Assembly: GCA_905178155.1 (NCBI GenBank) | Contig: CAJINV010000008.1 | Coordinates: 4,329,468-4,393,467, forward strand | Source: Amoebophrya sp. A120 | Taxonomy: Eukaryota > Protista > Dinoflagellata | Direction of reading: 5' to 3' | Length of the DNA: 64,000 nt | Shown here: in pieces, positions 12,917 through 26,300 of the stretch | How positions within the stretch are numbered: the stretch's first letter is position 1 | Layout of the letters: the number at the start of each line of letters is the position of its first letter | The notes under the pieces: model-generated | What the model was told of the DNA's origin: nothing | Databases searched by the model: none | The model's input: the letters and a program-made list of their open reading frames with translations, nothing else | Program-made: the position numbers and the translations under genes

Positions 12917-15900
12917 ATGGCGTCAACCGAGCATCAAGAATACATACAGAAGAAGGTGAATCCTATCCAGTGTAAACAATTCACGAACCAATTACCGAGG
13001 CACGCTTTTGATTATGTAGTACATTTTTTCAGTACTCTCACCACTTCAAAAATTCACTTTGCAGCTGCAGCTTGTGCATGTTGTGCATGAAACGCTTTGA
13101 GGTCGTATGTGGCCTCCGCAGAGCACCCACGCGAGGTGAGAAAGATCTGAATTATAAGTAAAAGCCTCAGTTTGTCCTTGGAAAATCATGAGTTTTACAC
13201 AGGATAAAATCCATCCTGGAATCACTAGTCACGGCAATACTACTCGGTAACACCTGTCAGTTTGCCCATGTCTCGTTTTGTTTATGCTTCGTCAGACGGA
13301 CAATGAATTAATGTTGATTCGACACAGAAAATTTCCACATCCAACACAGCAACATCTCTGACGAGAACAGCGTGCACCACTGGTGCCAGACGTGATTCAT
13401 CTCTCTCTTTTCTCAGGAAGTTCTTACTAAAGAAAAAAACCTATCCAGACAAGCCGGACGATGCGGTGGGTTTCATGATCTCTTGGCTTTCCGCCAAAGC
13501 AGCAGGTGGCGGCTCCGAGGCGGACAATTTGCGACTCCGAATAAATGCCGTGAAGCAGGAGATTGCAGATTTGGAGAACAAACTGGCCTTAGCGGACGAG
13601 TCCGACGATAACGACGACGATGTCGTCGACGAGCTCCCACCACCACCAGTCAAGAAGGGGCCCCGTTTATGAACGTAGAACAAGGGCGTTTCCATGAGAT
13701 CTTCTCCATTGATCAATGCAATCGCAGCATGAGGGAGAAGAAGAAAGTTTTGCGTGAGGGGGACATTCTGTCATGCGCTGCTAAACGTAAGTGTAGACTA
13801 GCTACTGCAACCAAAGAATTGCTGGTGCTGCCCTCGAACGTCGCATGGTGCATCTGCAACAATTCAAGAGCAACTTGTCCGAAAGAGAAGTTTACCGTGA
13901 CACACGCCCTTATTTCCTTCCATACCGTGGGTCAGTATCCGCCGAGGCATACGGGCAGTGGAACAAGAAAAAGGACTACAAACCGGTGGAAATCCCAAAG
14001 TTTATCAAGATGAAAACTTTTGGTGTGCTGGCAGCCATGCTCATGTAATTCCATATGTACTGATTGAATTAGCGCACCACCAGTTTTCATCAGCACAATC
14101 GCAGACGAGGCGAAGGCACGAATCCGGCAAGTCCTGCAAGGCTCCTTCTTGTTCTCTACCTATGCGATAGAACTGAGGAGTTTTCATTTTTTTCTGGCTG
14201 AATGTCAACATGTGTGATGTCATAGGTAAGTATGCATCGTACGAGAAGCAACAGAATTTTAGGAAAGCTCTAGTTTTGACATTCGATACTGAATTAGAAG
14301 AATCCGAACTCGAAATCGTTGTCATGGCGATGGAGGAAGTCAAGCCCGCCGCTGGAGAAAGAATCATCCAGCAGGTAAATGGGGTCTCATGTTGGATCTG
14401 CATGACAAACACGCTTTCTCGTGGCGGTAGTAATTGGACGGGATTAAGAAGCTATATAAGATTCACGTTTTTTGACGCCTGTAATGCAGATCATCCAGAA
14501 AACAAAAATGAAATCAGAACGACGACGGCGACTGTCTCTACGTCATCGAGGAGGGTGATATGCAAAGGAAATCTCGTCAGAAAAGATCGGTGGGGGATCT
14601 TCATACATAGCTTTCATAGAACCACGCGCATTTTCATTTTCGCAGCAGGAGGCTTCTGTCATTGACTGTCAGCGATTTATCATAAACAACTAGATGAACA
14701 CCCCCACTCATTCGAAATTTTTCCACCTCCATATTCCTGTGCCAGTGCAAGATAAATAAAGGCTTGGAGGGAGAAGTTGTCGTGAAGACGTGCGAGGCCG
14801 GAGACGCGTTTGGCGAACTGGCGCTCCTGTACAACTGTCCACGGGCAGCTTCCGTCGACGCCGCAGAGCCATCGGTGTTGTGGAAACTCGACCGACTAAC
14901 TTTCAACGCCATCGTGAAGGACGCAGCAAGTACTTTTTGTTGATGAGTTTCTCATGCAGAATGTGCGGAGAACAGGTTTTTCTTCATGCGGGATCCTTTC
15001 TAGAAATTCCCTTTGGAGATAGAGAAAAATGCAAATGCCAATCTACCCCCACCCACCAGGTAAAAAGCGAGAAAAGTACATCGCCTTCTTGCAGGGAGTG
15101 CAGATCATCAAGGATTTGGGCGGATACGAAGTTTCGCAGCTGGCCGACGCATTAAAGCCGAGCATTGTGCCCGCGGGTTCAAATGTCGTGACGCAAGGAG
15201 AATCAGGTTTGCTGGTTATTGTGTCTGCGCGTGACAGACTCCGTGATAGGTTTGACGGTGATATCTTTATCCATTGCCAAACAGGTTGTTCTAGAAAAAT
15301 ACGATGCATGATCAGAGACATATCTTCGATCAGTAGATTTCTTTCTATCTATTTCCTTTGCAGGCGACACCTTTTACCTCGTGGAGGACGGCGCGCTGTA
15401 CGCATGGAAGGGCAACAGCCCAGACATCTCACTATTGGAGTTTACGCATTGCAAATTTTCTGTCATAATTGAAGGTCGTACGCATAAGAGGCAGCACGGA
15501 GAACAGAACTGATCGTGCGCCAGTTTGTGTGACTAAAGGGCGCCCAGTGCCTAATTTGTGCACTGTGCACTGCTTGTGATGTTGTAAAACGACAAATTTA
15601 AGTGCTCTATCTTCCCGTTCAAAAAAACCTGCGTGCCAACATGCAGTTACATGGAGGTGCATCGAAACTCATGTCCCTGTTTTGTGCCGTGAGAACAAAG
15701 CTTGAAAACAAAAACATTTTTGCGATGCATAGACCACGGTCCAGGGCAATTTTTCGGTGAGCTTGCGCTGCTGAGAAACGACCTGCGACAAGCCAACGTG
15801 ACGACGCGGTCGGACTGCAAGGTAGAAAGATGGCTATATCAAACGTGAAGAAAAAGCATGGATACATTTCTTCGCATAATACGAAGCCATTACTTCTACT

Positions 15901-16022
15901 GATGATGACACGCATGACAAACCCATAAAAATCAGTTGCTCTCCGTGGACCGGAAGACCTTCAGCCGGTTGTTGGGCCCGTTGCAACAGATCCTGGAGAA
16001 AAATGCGAGCGCGAACTACTAG
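12917..16022 (+). CDS. PKAR: cAMP-dependent protein kinase regulatory subunit (about 12 or more exons, mixed canonical and non-canonical introns)
   Basis: Reconstructed N-terminus [41 protein letters not shown] (dimerisation/docking-like), inhibitor site PRGSVSAE, and two cNMP cassettes [16 protein letters not shown] and [16 protein letters not shown]. Stop TAG at 16020-16022. Confidence 0.92.
12964..13206. mobile_element. Introner forming PKA-R intron 1
   Basis: tatccagtgtaaa ... tttacacaggata inverted ends. Removing the element plus the next 5 bp gives AAT CCC ATC CTG (NPIL). Confidence 0.7.
13668..13924. mobile_element. Introner forming PKA-R intron 3
   Basis: TAT...ATA ends, imperfect IR (aagggcgt/acgccctt), flanks ccgtt/ccgtg. 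Removal restores P-R-G-S-V-S-A-E. Confidence 0.75.
14003..14097. mobile_element. Degenerate introner (PKA-R intron 4)
   Basis: IR gatgaaaact/agttttcatc. Removing the element plus 5 bp keeps the frame (IPK-x-DEAKARI). Confidence 0.55.
14161..14288. mobile_element. Degenerate introner (PKA-R intron 5)
   Basis: Starts TAT, ends ATA, with no GT at the left junction. Removing the element plus 5 bp (ctgaa) gives [15 protein letters not shown]. Confidence 0.6.
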
Positions 16023-17085
16023 AGCCAGCGGCCGGGAAGAGGACTACGACAGGGCGTTATACTTGGCTTCTGTTGTATCTCTTTACCAGCACGCGCAAAT
16101 GATGGAATTATAGCTACAAAATGCCCAAGGCGAGCACGCTCGTTCCTCCAATTCTCACCCTTGGGTGCGCTCGAGGTTGTTTGCGAAAGTGAGGCTGGTA
16201 GCGCCGTATGCAACTTCCTCTACCTCCATCGTAGGTTTATTGAAGATTCCCACCGTTCGTGAAGGTACGTACAACAAGTAACATTGCTGAAAGGACAAAA
16301 GTATCTATGGAACTGCCAAATAAATAGTCCATTTGAGTAGCACCACCGACACCTACGCAAGTGCATCTTTGCTACTGGCGAGGTACTACAACGGTAAGTA
16401 TGGAAATTAAAGATTCGAAACCGAAATCTAAATTGATTACAAGTCGATAATAGGCGATAAGTCAACGCTGGAATCGCACTAAAGAAAGGACGTGCGTCGT
16501 GATCCGAGAAATAAACGCGAGAATGACCCTGTAAATAAGAGTAGGAGACAATAGGACGCTGCGCAACATGTACAACAAAAAGGCACTCCTCATAAGCATT
16601 CAGAAAAGTCCAGAAGACGTACTGATCCCTTTGCCGCCCAGGGCCGAATCAGCTGTAGCTGGCACCATGATCTGCGCTGCAATACTTATACGACATGCAA
16701 CCGTGTTGAAAATATTGTTGTGGCGAAACAGTAATTGCCATTCCCACAGTGACTACAAACTGACCGAAAAATAAAGTTGGCGACAATTCCCTACATCCAT
16801 GGGAAAAAGCAGTTCCTCTTGCATGCAGGTCCGAGCTTCACCATAAGCATTCTCACGCACGCTCACCTCTGCATCGAATCTGAGCGGCTACTTCTGCGCT
16901 CTTGTAAAGAGCTGTGCCTGCTTGAAAATGATCACAGAAGGAATCAATAGATACGAAGCTCCAGAGTGCAAAATTGATTTATCCGCTTCCAGCTTCTCCT
17001 TGTCGAGCTTCTGCTTCACTCATGAAATTGACAAAAACTGCCCACACCCAACACTTCTAGGCACCACCGAGGGAAACATGCTGCA

Positions 17086-20000
17086 ATGACGATGGGGCGA
17101 GCGCCGCCTTGGCTCGGCGGCGAGCTACAAAACTGCGGCGGCGGATCAATTTGCCTTGGCGCGCGGCCCTCCGGAGCCCTCCGTTGTTTGGGGATTCTTG
17201 TGCGACGAGCTGGATTCCTCGTGATATCCAATCTATCTTTTCACCAACCTATTACCGGCGTCTCCGGAGGTTTGATTCCCATCTCCATTACCGAACGAGT
17301 GGAAAGGACGGGCCAACTGCTTGGTGGGCAGAAGGTCGTGGTGGATCAAAGCGATTCGGGTAGTGCTGCAGGAAGTGGATCCTCGACTACGCCGTCGACT
17401 GTCGTGCCGAAGGATGTTCATGTTGCGCAAGAGGGGACTGGTAACCTCGGCAGCACGGCGGCCGCTGCGCCAGAGAGTGCGCGCGAGGATCTGGTGAGAG
17501 CACTAGCGCCAGCTGATGGACGTCAGCGCGATGGAGGCGAGCTTGGAGAGGATCACGATCCCGGACGACATGATGAGAATCCCGCTACTCGGAGTTATCC
17601 TCAAGATGCAGGTGGAAAGAAGACGGCAACGGATTTTCTAGCAGATCCACTAGAGAACATATGCAGTGTACCTGCGCAGATACAGTAGATAAAGTGGAGG
17701 AGGTTTTATTCGCCTATCATCTAAACAATCGGTGGTCGAAAGCGACCCGAGCGCATGATCGATGAAGTGGATAAACGTGTATTCTTAATGTTTTTTTTTG
17801 TGGGCTTGATAAGTGCTTCGATGACACTTGCCTTACTGCAGGCAGGCTGCTGGAAGCGATTCTTATGGGCCAAAGAGCTCCATTCTGCGAATGATTGATA
17901 AGCGCGCGAAGAGGCCCTCGGTGTGGCACGATCTGCATATCGTCCCGCTTGTGGTCAGTATGTGTTTTGTTGAGGCTCTGCACGATAAGAAAACGTCCCC
18001 GCTTCATCTGAAGCGAAATTTTTCTGCACGAATAACAGACCCAAGCGAAACTACTGTAGATGGCGCATCCTCTGCTGCGGAGAAAGAACAGTTGCACCAG
18101 AAGAAAAATACGCAGTCGAGCATAGCAGACACGGAAGGAACCGTCGGTACTCCCGGACTCAAGAAACGTCTGGCTGAAAGAACCGTCGTCGTGGTCTCGC
18201 CTTCGTCCAGGATGAAGACGGATGCGGAGAAGGACGAGGAGACCGCACAGGAAAAACACGATGAGGATCCTGCTCCGCGCCGTGCTGATGCTGCACCCGC
18301 TACGGGAAGTGATGGGAGGGAGACCGTGGGTCGTGCTCTCGTCCCTGCTCATCCCATAAAAACAGGCTCGCTGCTGGAGACCCGCGCGAACATTTTTCCC
18401 CCCACCCTCCTTTCTTCAACTTCTGGATTGTTGGATGGTGCGATCCAAGCAGCTAAGGACACTGCAACGCAGACAGTTATTCAAAAATTCCAAGATCACA
18501 TCGAGCTATATTTCAGTGACAAAGGAACTGATATGACTTCGGCCGTGAAGACCGTCATGGCTCGCGTCATGAAAATGCTACGATGCGAATAATCCTCAGG
18601 CGCTCAATAGAACAAGACGGCGCCAGCGCGCGACCTGTTGCGCTCAACCCCTGGAAGGAGTGGGCCTTCAAAATGTGCAGGCACTATCGATAGACGCTGA
18701 GGCGCCCTGCGTGATTAATGAATTTGCTTGTAGTTCTACCGCTCTTTCTTCAAACGGGCAATAAGTAACGTTTCTGTGCGATATTTTCCCTGGTGCTGAC
18801 GCAGAAGAATTGATTGCAAAGCTGATCGCCCGATTGAGTGCCGTGATTTTTCAGAACGATGCCGTGGATTGCTGGATCTCGTCCAGGGAAACTCGGTAGT
18901 CCTCATGGTCGATACCATGGTGGAGGAGCTTGGCGCCGTATTTGGAATTCTGCTGAAAGGATTTTTCGCAGCCCTGTTTCCGCCATTTGGCACCTTCGCG
19001 GGCTTGCTTTTTTCAGGGCCGTTTTTGCTGTTGCTCGATCGGGGTATGAAGCAGTACGCAAGATCGACAGAAAGTAGAATCTACGAACTACTGCGCGACA
19101 ATCTCAGTATCGTTATCAATGAGTGGGCGACCCCGCAGGGACCGATCTTCGAAGCCCTGGTTTACTATTTGTCGAATGAAAGCGACATTTTCCAGAAAGT
19201 GGCCGACAAGCTCAATTCCGTGTTACTAGCAGGAAGTACGGATGCCGAAAAAAGTGGCGCAAATGCCTTTATCAGCCGAATCAAAGAAAAGCTTTCCTCT
19301 TTTGCGACAAACGAGAAGGTGACGGCCTTAATACGTGCGCTAAGTTCAATGAAAGAGGGCGACGCATCATTCGAAGCAGTTGCCGAACAGATCGCGAACG
19401 AAGACAAAGAATTTGAAGCCGCTGGTATCCCGATCGAAGGCTCAGCGGAAAATGAGGAAAACGCCGAGCCAGATCAAGTTGAGGACGAAAAGAAAATCAT
19501 ATACGAGAAAGGCGACAAAAGTCCAATTGGAAGATTGATGGATACAGCTCAAACAAAAATCAAAGGTGCGTTCATACGAGTGGGCGCTCTGGTCTTGCCG
19601 AAGTATTACGAGTCTCCGGGGAAGTACTTGTTCCCGAACATACTTTCTCTGCTCTGCGATGTTGTAGGAATGGTAGTGTCCACGGTCGTTGGTGTCATCG
19701 CAGGACCCCTTGGCTTCTTGGTGAAGCCGATTGTGAACAAAGTCATCTCCGACAGGATTGTAGCTGTCTTTGAAAACCAACCGAGCAACGGGAGATGCGT
19801 GGAAAAAAACAAGTCGACGTTTGTACCGCCGCCGCGCAGTAGCTATTTCCCGAAGCGAAAACCAATCAGTCAAGAAGGTGAGCCGAGTGATACCGCAACC
19901 ACCCAAGACGATGCGCTTTTTTGCTGCCTGAAGCCACTTGAGGACGGACAGATGAACGAGAAAATGGAAGGTCTCATCATGCGCCTCGTTCCACAGTGTT

Positions 20001-21512
20001 CAGGCCCACCGAAGACGGGGACGCTCGGCGAACTGCAGTGCGAAGAGGGAGAAATTCCAGGCCTAGTAACGTCGAACAAACTACGACAGCACATTCCTAG
20101 CCACGACTGCCAATGCTCACTATGAGCAGAGCGCGCGACTTTGTATCTATGAACATGATTTAGCATGGGCGCGAATGAACACGCACATACCTCGCCAAAG
20201 CATTGTGCGACCTGCCGCAACTCCAGACTCTGCAGCGCGTGCATATTGGATGGATGTACGTAAAAGACTGAGCATTATTTTCCTTGCAGTATAGTAAATG
20301 ACCACACTTTGCATACGTACAAATAATACATAGAGAGAAAAAAGAATGTTTCTTCTCAATGTACATCGTTGGTGTAGTTGTATCATGAAAACAAACTCAC
20401 ACGCGCAGCAAGTGGATGGCCGAATTTCTCCCCTCGAAGATGCCGAGCGAATGGCGCACAATCAAGCGACAAGAACGCGAAGTGCATTGCAACTGACGAC
20501 GACTACGCTGATGTGCTGTGTAAGAACTATTGCAAGGAGTGGCACGAACAAGTGCCAAACTCTGAAAAACGAACAGACCCTCCCGCGAAAGCCGAATCTG
20601 ATGACGGAACCAGCTTAGCGCATGAGTTTTGTTTTTGCAGCCCTGAGAAGGCGGATCGGTATTATGTAAAGGCAACACTTGCGGCGAGGACCAGTGCCTG
20701 TGCGGAACGCCGCGCAGCCAAAGAAGAAAACGAGAACAAGTGCTTCACCTCCAAGTACATGTTCTGCATGCCCGCAAACCGACCCTGCATGAATTTTCCG
20801 CTCATGCTAAATCAACGCATGTCTCACGCCACGATGACTCAAATTCCAAGGCTCGTCAGTGGATTTACCGGCCACGCCATGGCCCGGACGCTGCGGTCGT
20901 TGAAGAACGGCTTGTCCTTCTTGTTGAGTTGGGGTGCAAAAAAATTTCAAGGTGGAGTTGAGGCAGTAAAAAGGTTATTTAAAGGCCCTGAAAAGGGCCA
21001 AGAGCAAGCTGCGAAACCAACGAAAGGCAGCAGATTTCTCTCGCTCGAAAGCCTCACAACAAAGATGCGCCAGATCCTCGCTACGGTGACCGGTGATAAG
21101 ACTGTTGCTGCGGTTAAAACTAAAGTTTTAGCGGTAATAGGAGGTCTTGTGTCTTCGATTCCTGTTGTCGGGCCCTTCATCCGCAGAAAAGTCGAGCAGG
21201 AACTTGATTCAAAGATTGAGGGCGCTCTGGAGTCCATCCATTTCGGCCGGCGCGCGAACGACTTCGTCCTCGCAAAAATTGTACCCCGCATGGTGAGCCT
21301 TGTGCTGAATGAAAAGGTTTTGAAAATCCTGAAAAGCATTATGGGGAATGGAATCCGGGCAGGCATCAAACTTGCCGGATCTGGATTCAAAAGACTCGGC
21401 GAGTACATGCGTTTTTGGGATCTTGCCGAGTCAGCACCCCCAGATCAAGACACCGTCTCGGATGAAAAAGTTGAAAGCAATATCGAAAAATTAGAGCGCG
21501 GCACACTCAAAC
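17086..21512 (+). CDS. 5' part of a large multi-exon hypothetical membrane or secreted protein (helical hydrophobic segments alternating with Cys-rich modules)
   Basis: ORFs 17086-17688, 17828-18592, 18869-20125 and 20378-21512, separated by ~250-300 bp gaps. Multiple hydrophobic helices. Interrupted by the LTR element. Confidence 0.6.
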
Positions 21513-22009
21513 TGTTGGCCATGTGATCAGAACCCTCGCGCAGCTGTGTCTGAAGCTTCTCAAGATGATCTGAAAGGCCTGCTCCCAATGAAATGACAAG
21601 ACCGGAATGACCTGAACTAGCTAGATCCTAAAGGAATCGCTTCACCATTTGACCCGAATCCCCCAAATACTACGAAGGCAAAGCCATCACGATCGGAATG
21701 AAATGAAGGGACTCCGCTCGTGTTAGACGTTCAGAATGACCACCCTGAGGGGGTTGACTCCCGTCAGGGTTGAGCACCTTACCGACAGCACTGAGGGAGG
21801 TACTCCCATGCTGTTTAGCCACTTGACTCTGACCAGGATCAGGGTCATTCCATGTGATGAATTTGAATGACATTGAACACACAGGAAGCAACGCAGCCAG
21901 AGGCTTTCGCCCTGTCTGCTGAGAGATTGAAGTGCTGGAATTGATTGAAAGACCTGTTTAGGTAGAAGCTTTAGTCACTCAGTGTGGCAGGTGTGTTCAA
22001 AGTCCAGCA
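21513..22009 (+). repeat. 5' LTR
   Basis: Ungapped match to 27214-27710, 14 substitutions counted by eye. Confidence 0.95.
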
Positions 22010-22078
22010 CTGCTTTGCGACTTAGACGCCAGTCTGTGCTACTTACACTAGTGACAGTAGATTCATTGAAGAAACAAG

Positions 22079-23232
22079 ATGACTGCGGTATCCGCAGAGA
22101 TCGACGCGAAGCTGCCGGATGCGACTGGTTGGATTGAGTGGGATCGTTCTGTCCGTGAGGAGGTCACGCGCCTCGGACTAGACATCCACTTCAGCAACGT
22201 CGTCGCCAATCTCGGTCAGCCCGGCCTCCCCGGAGGGCCCGGGCAGCAGGCTCAGACGGTTGCCCAGAAATGGCGCAACCTGAAGGCCGCTATGTTGAAG
22301 TCCTTGACTGGTTCAGGGTTCTTGTAAGACCTGGCTACACGCTCGCCCGAATTACAACGATCTACGATCTGAACGCTGGAGAGTTGTATTTGGAGCTGCG
22401 TGATGAAGGTCATTGCAACCAGCAGAACAGGACCCAGCAGACAATCCGTGTCGCTGGTCTGGAATCGATGAAATTCGATGACCGCGACCAACCTCAGGAC
22501 CCGCCTACCTTCCTCGCCAAGGTCAAGCGCATCACGGACCAGTCCCCTGCGGTGTTTCCGCCTGATGCTGCGCGTCCTCTCCCCGACCAACAGGCCCCGA
22601 ACGTCTTAGACTACCTGCCCAAGATGTTTTCCAAGGGATTGAGGGACACGATCGCGCGCATGGTGGAGGACGGCGCCCAGCTGACCATGCAGGAAATGGG
22701 TAACAAGCTGGCGGCCCGTCTGCAGGCCATGATCAAGGACGGCGAGCACAAGGTGGAGAACTCCAGCTTCGGCAAGGCGTTCCCGGCGGTCGAGTACGAC
22801 GAGGACAAGACTGCCGCTTCCAAGAAACGCCCCCAGGCTAGTGGTAACGATGAGGGCGGTAGAGCTTTCATGTCTACGACTGCTCTCAAGCGGTTCAGGG
22901 CTAAACTGAAAAAGAAAGTTACCGCCGAAGTCCACGCACGCCAGGGCGGTAATCCTTCTACCCGCAAGAAGGGGAAGGGCAAGAAGGAGAAGAATCTCAA
23001 GGATTACAAAAAGAATATCCAGTGCTGCAAGTGCTATGACTGGGGTCACTACGCGTGGGAGTGTCCTACCGGCGCTGCGTCTGCGGGTGGGAAGCCCAAA
23101 GGCAAAGGCAAAGGAAGGGGCAACGCGTGCACCGGTTTTGGTGAACCTACGGCCTACCGAGACTGGGGTGGCTGCTGGATGTGGCACGACGCTAGCGCTG
23201 GAGCGGGTTCCGGCAAGCCCGGACCAAGCTGA
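22079..23232 (+). pseudogene. gag: copia gag (frameshifted) with CCHC zinc knuckle
   Basis: ORFs 22079-22327 and 22270-23232. Contains CCKCYDWGHYAWEC (CX2CX4HX4C). Confidence 0.8.
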
Positions 23233-23337
23233 GAAGACGACGTCCAAGATCCGGAACGAGGGAGATGCTGTCTGAATTTTGAGGAGGATGAGAGTTATTG
23301 CAGGAGTTTCGTAGATTCGGTAAACTCTGCTGCTGCC

Positions 23338-26300
23338 ATGTTGTCTGTCGTTGACTATTGTGCAGCCAGTTACCTAGGTGCAAAGCAGGTAAACTTAGTG
23401 GACAGCTGTGCAAACAGTTACTTATCAAAGCACGCTGATGATTTTAAGAACATCACGGGCCGACGCTGTGCCATCAACGGAACAGCCGGCGCGCGCGATG
23501 GTTTTATAGGAGAACTAAAAGAAAATCAATTAAACCCGCGACATGGTGTTTATTTCAAAGATCTACCAAAGGATATTGATGGGATTTTGCCTTGGCTCGG
23601 TGAAGGTAATATGTCACAAATAGGATGGGAGCTAACCTCTCACAGCACCGGCGGAACCATTGCTCACACTGGTACCGGCCGCGTGTTGGACATAAAGAAT
23701 CGTCCCAGAATGTGCCTTCCCGTCCTCGGTTGCAACTTGTTCGACCTGCAGGAGGCAGATAGCACGGACCTCGTCTGTACTACTGTCGCCCAGGCCTCTG
23801 CTGGTGATTGTTACTTGACTAAACTAGAATTACACAGACGCTTCGGCGTTTCCACGTGGACGGGCTCAGCGTCAGTTGTCCCGAATGTGATAGAACTAAG
23901 GGACAGAGAAATCCACGCGCGAAAGTACGAAATGTCGAGAATTATACACCTCAACCGTTAAAGTTATTAGCGTTTGACTTCGGTGTCGGTGTGAAACCTA
24001 CCTCAATCATGAGGCCCACCTGTGTACTTGTTGGCATCTGTGACGACATCAAGAAGTGTTTTGTCAGGCCTCTTTTGTACAAGAGCGACTGCGTTGAGGA
24101 GATTGAAGCGATTATCAAAGGCATTCGCGCAGACTGGTCATTGTCCTTGGGTGACAAGGTCGCTTGGTTCCTGAGACGGGACAGTGAGCCAGTTCTGGGC
24201 AGTGAGCACATGGCCAAGGTCATGCAATCGCTGCAGATCTGTGGCGCTCCGATTGTTCCTCACAATCCTGAGCAAAACGGAACTTGCGAACGGTTCATGC
24301 GGGCGCTGTTCGGTTCGTGCCGTACACTGCTAGTCCACGTTGATCGCCGACTGTGGCCCTATGCCATAGTCTACAGTGGTGATTGCTGGGACCGGCTGCC
24401 GCACAAATACGCAAAGATGCCAGAGTTTGACGGAATGACTCCGATGGAGATTCTCGAGAAGAGAACAGGGAGGAACAGTGCGAAGCAGGGCGCTGGCCTG
24501 CTCAGGCGTTTTGGTTGTCTTGTTTACTTCCGTGAACAAATCAAGACGGATAGAGAAGGGCAAGGAGGTCCCAAGCTCAGTCCGCCCTTTCGTCGAGGAG
24601 TGTTTCTCGGGCTTTGTCCTAAGTCATCGGGCTGGCTCGTGGGCACCTTCGTTGCAGACGATCGGACAAGAGACGGACATCGGTGGGCCGAGTATTCTCC
24701 TCGCGATGCCGAGTTTCGGGAGGATATACTCGTCAAGAACATCGACTGGCTCCTACCCAGTTCGACGGGAGTCTTCATACCAATGGACTACCTGGAAGAT
24801 CTCCAAAGCGGCGCATCGCAACCGGTTCCGCCCGCGCTTGGACGGCTAGACTCGCAATCTAGTTCGGCTCATCGCCTGGAGGTTCATGGGGCGGGGCACG
24901 CTGAGGAATCGACCGCCGGCTTAGAACTTCAAGTAGAGACACTGGACAGAGAGGAAGAAGGTCCAGCAGAGTCCCCGGAAGCTCCTATACTGCCGCAAGC
25001 TGAGGCGGGGAACCTCGCAGCGAGCAACAGTGGAGGAGGGGAACAAGCTCGAGAAGCGTCTTCTAGTCCTGCTAGGGGTCGTCACGCACCGGCAAGGATT
25101 GTGGCTGGCAACCGCAACTCCAAGCCGCGCCGCGGACGCCCGAAAGGGGTCAAGGATAAGAAGAAACGCACTCGGCGCACAACAGCACAGCTCGAGCAGC
25201 TGAAGAAAAACGCAGGGGCGTTTGCCGCAGCGAATTGGAACGCTATAGGCAAGCTTGATGATGGTGAGGAGATCGCCGAGGCCATAGCGATGTTGACGAA
25301 CGCAGACTCCTGGGAAGCTTATCTTTCGTTCCGCTGGGAAGGCTCTCAAATTGCCTGACGCTGAGCTTGCAGCTAAGTGGCAGAAGGTAACTGACAAGGA
25401 GGAAGCGCGTCTGCTAGCATATGAGACGTGGAAGCCAGCCTCTGAAGAGGAGCTAGCTACCGCGAGGCAAGTGCTTCCAATCGCTATCATACTGACCGTC
25501 AAACGCGACGGGACGCATAAAGCTCGAGCCTGTGTCCTTGGCAATCTTGATCGGTCGGGTGATGTCGACATGTTCGCGCCAGTGGTATCGCATGCAGCTA
25601 ATCGCTTGCTACTGGTGTCTGCAGCCGCAGACGGCGACCATGTCATCCCGCATGATCTCGATAGCGCGTTCCTTAGTGCCTTGTTAGATCGCGACGCACG
25701 TCTACTGCCGCTTGCCACCCATCTGGGCAGCAAAGCACAGGAGTGCAGTCGTGAAACTACACAAAGCGCGATATGGGCTAAAGGACGCACCACGGGCCTG
25801 GTTCAAGAAGTATGAGAGCATCTTGACCGAGTTAGGTTGGGAGCCTTGTCCTTCTGCGCCTGGTTTGTGGAGAAAGCCAAGCATATCGCACCCAGGAAGA
25901 TATCTCAAGCTTGCTGTCTATGTCGGCGACAACTTGATCGCAGGGCCCGACCTTGCTGAACTTCGTGCCGAACTGCAAAAGACTCTGTCGCGCGTCCCCG
26001 GGCGTGAGATAGCTGCCGAGCTCTTTACCGATTCCAATGGTATCGGGTGGCAAGAGTTCGACTTCCTTGGGGCGATTGTGTACTACTCCAGGGAGCACAA
26101 GTCAGCGCGTGTGACCATGGGGGAGTATATAGAGAAAATTGCCAAGAAGTTCGCCGTGACACTAGGCAAGCCGGTACGTTCTCCGAACTTTGACGAGTCA
26201 GCTCGGACGGAAGAAGTTCTTGAAGAGCTGAAGGACTATCCTCTCAGATCCGTAGTTGGTGCGTTGCAATGGATCGCGACCACTGCGCGTCCTGACATTT

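Noticed and set aside
20108-20400. Introner with TSD CTCAC
   Set aside because: It starts with TAT but has no ATA end or clear IR, and the join leads into the less plausible frame. The boundary is unresolved.
22252-25815. Programmed frameshifts in the copia ORFs
   Set aside because: There are too many breaks, they fall inside domains, and catalytic residues are substituted. Decay is the simpler explanation.
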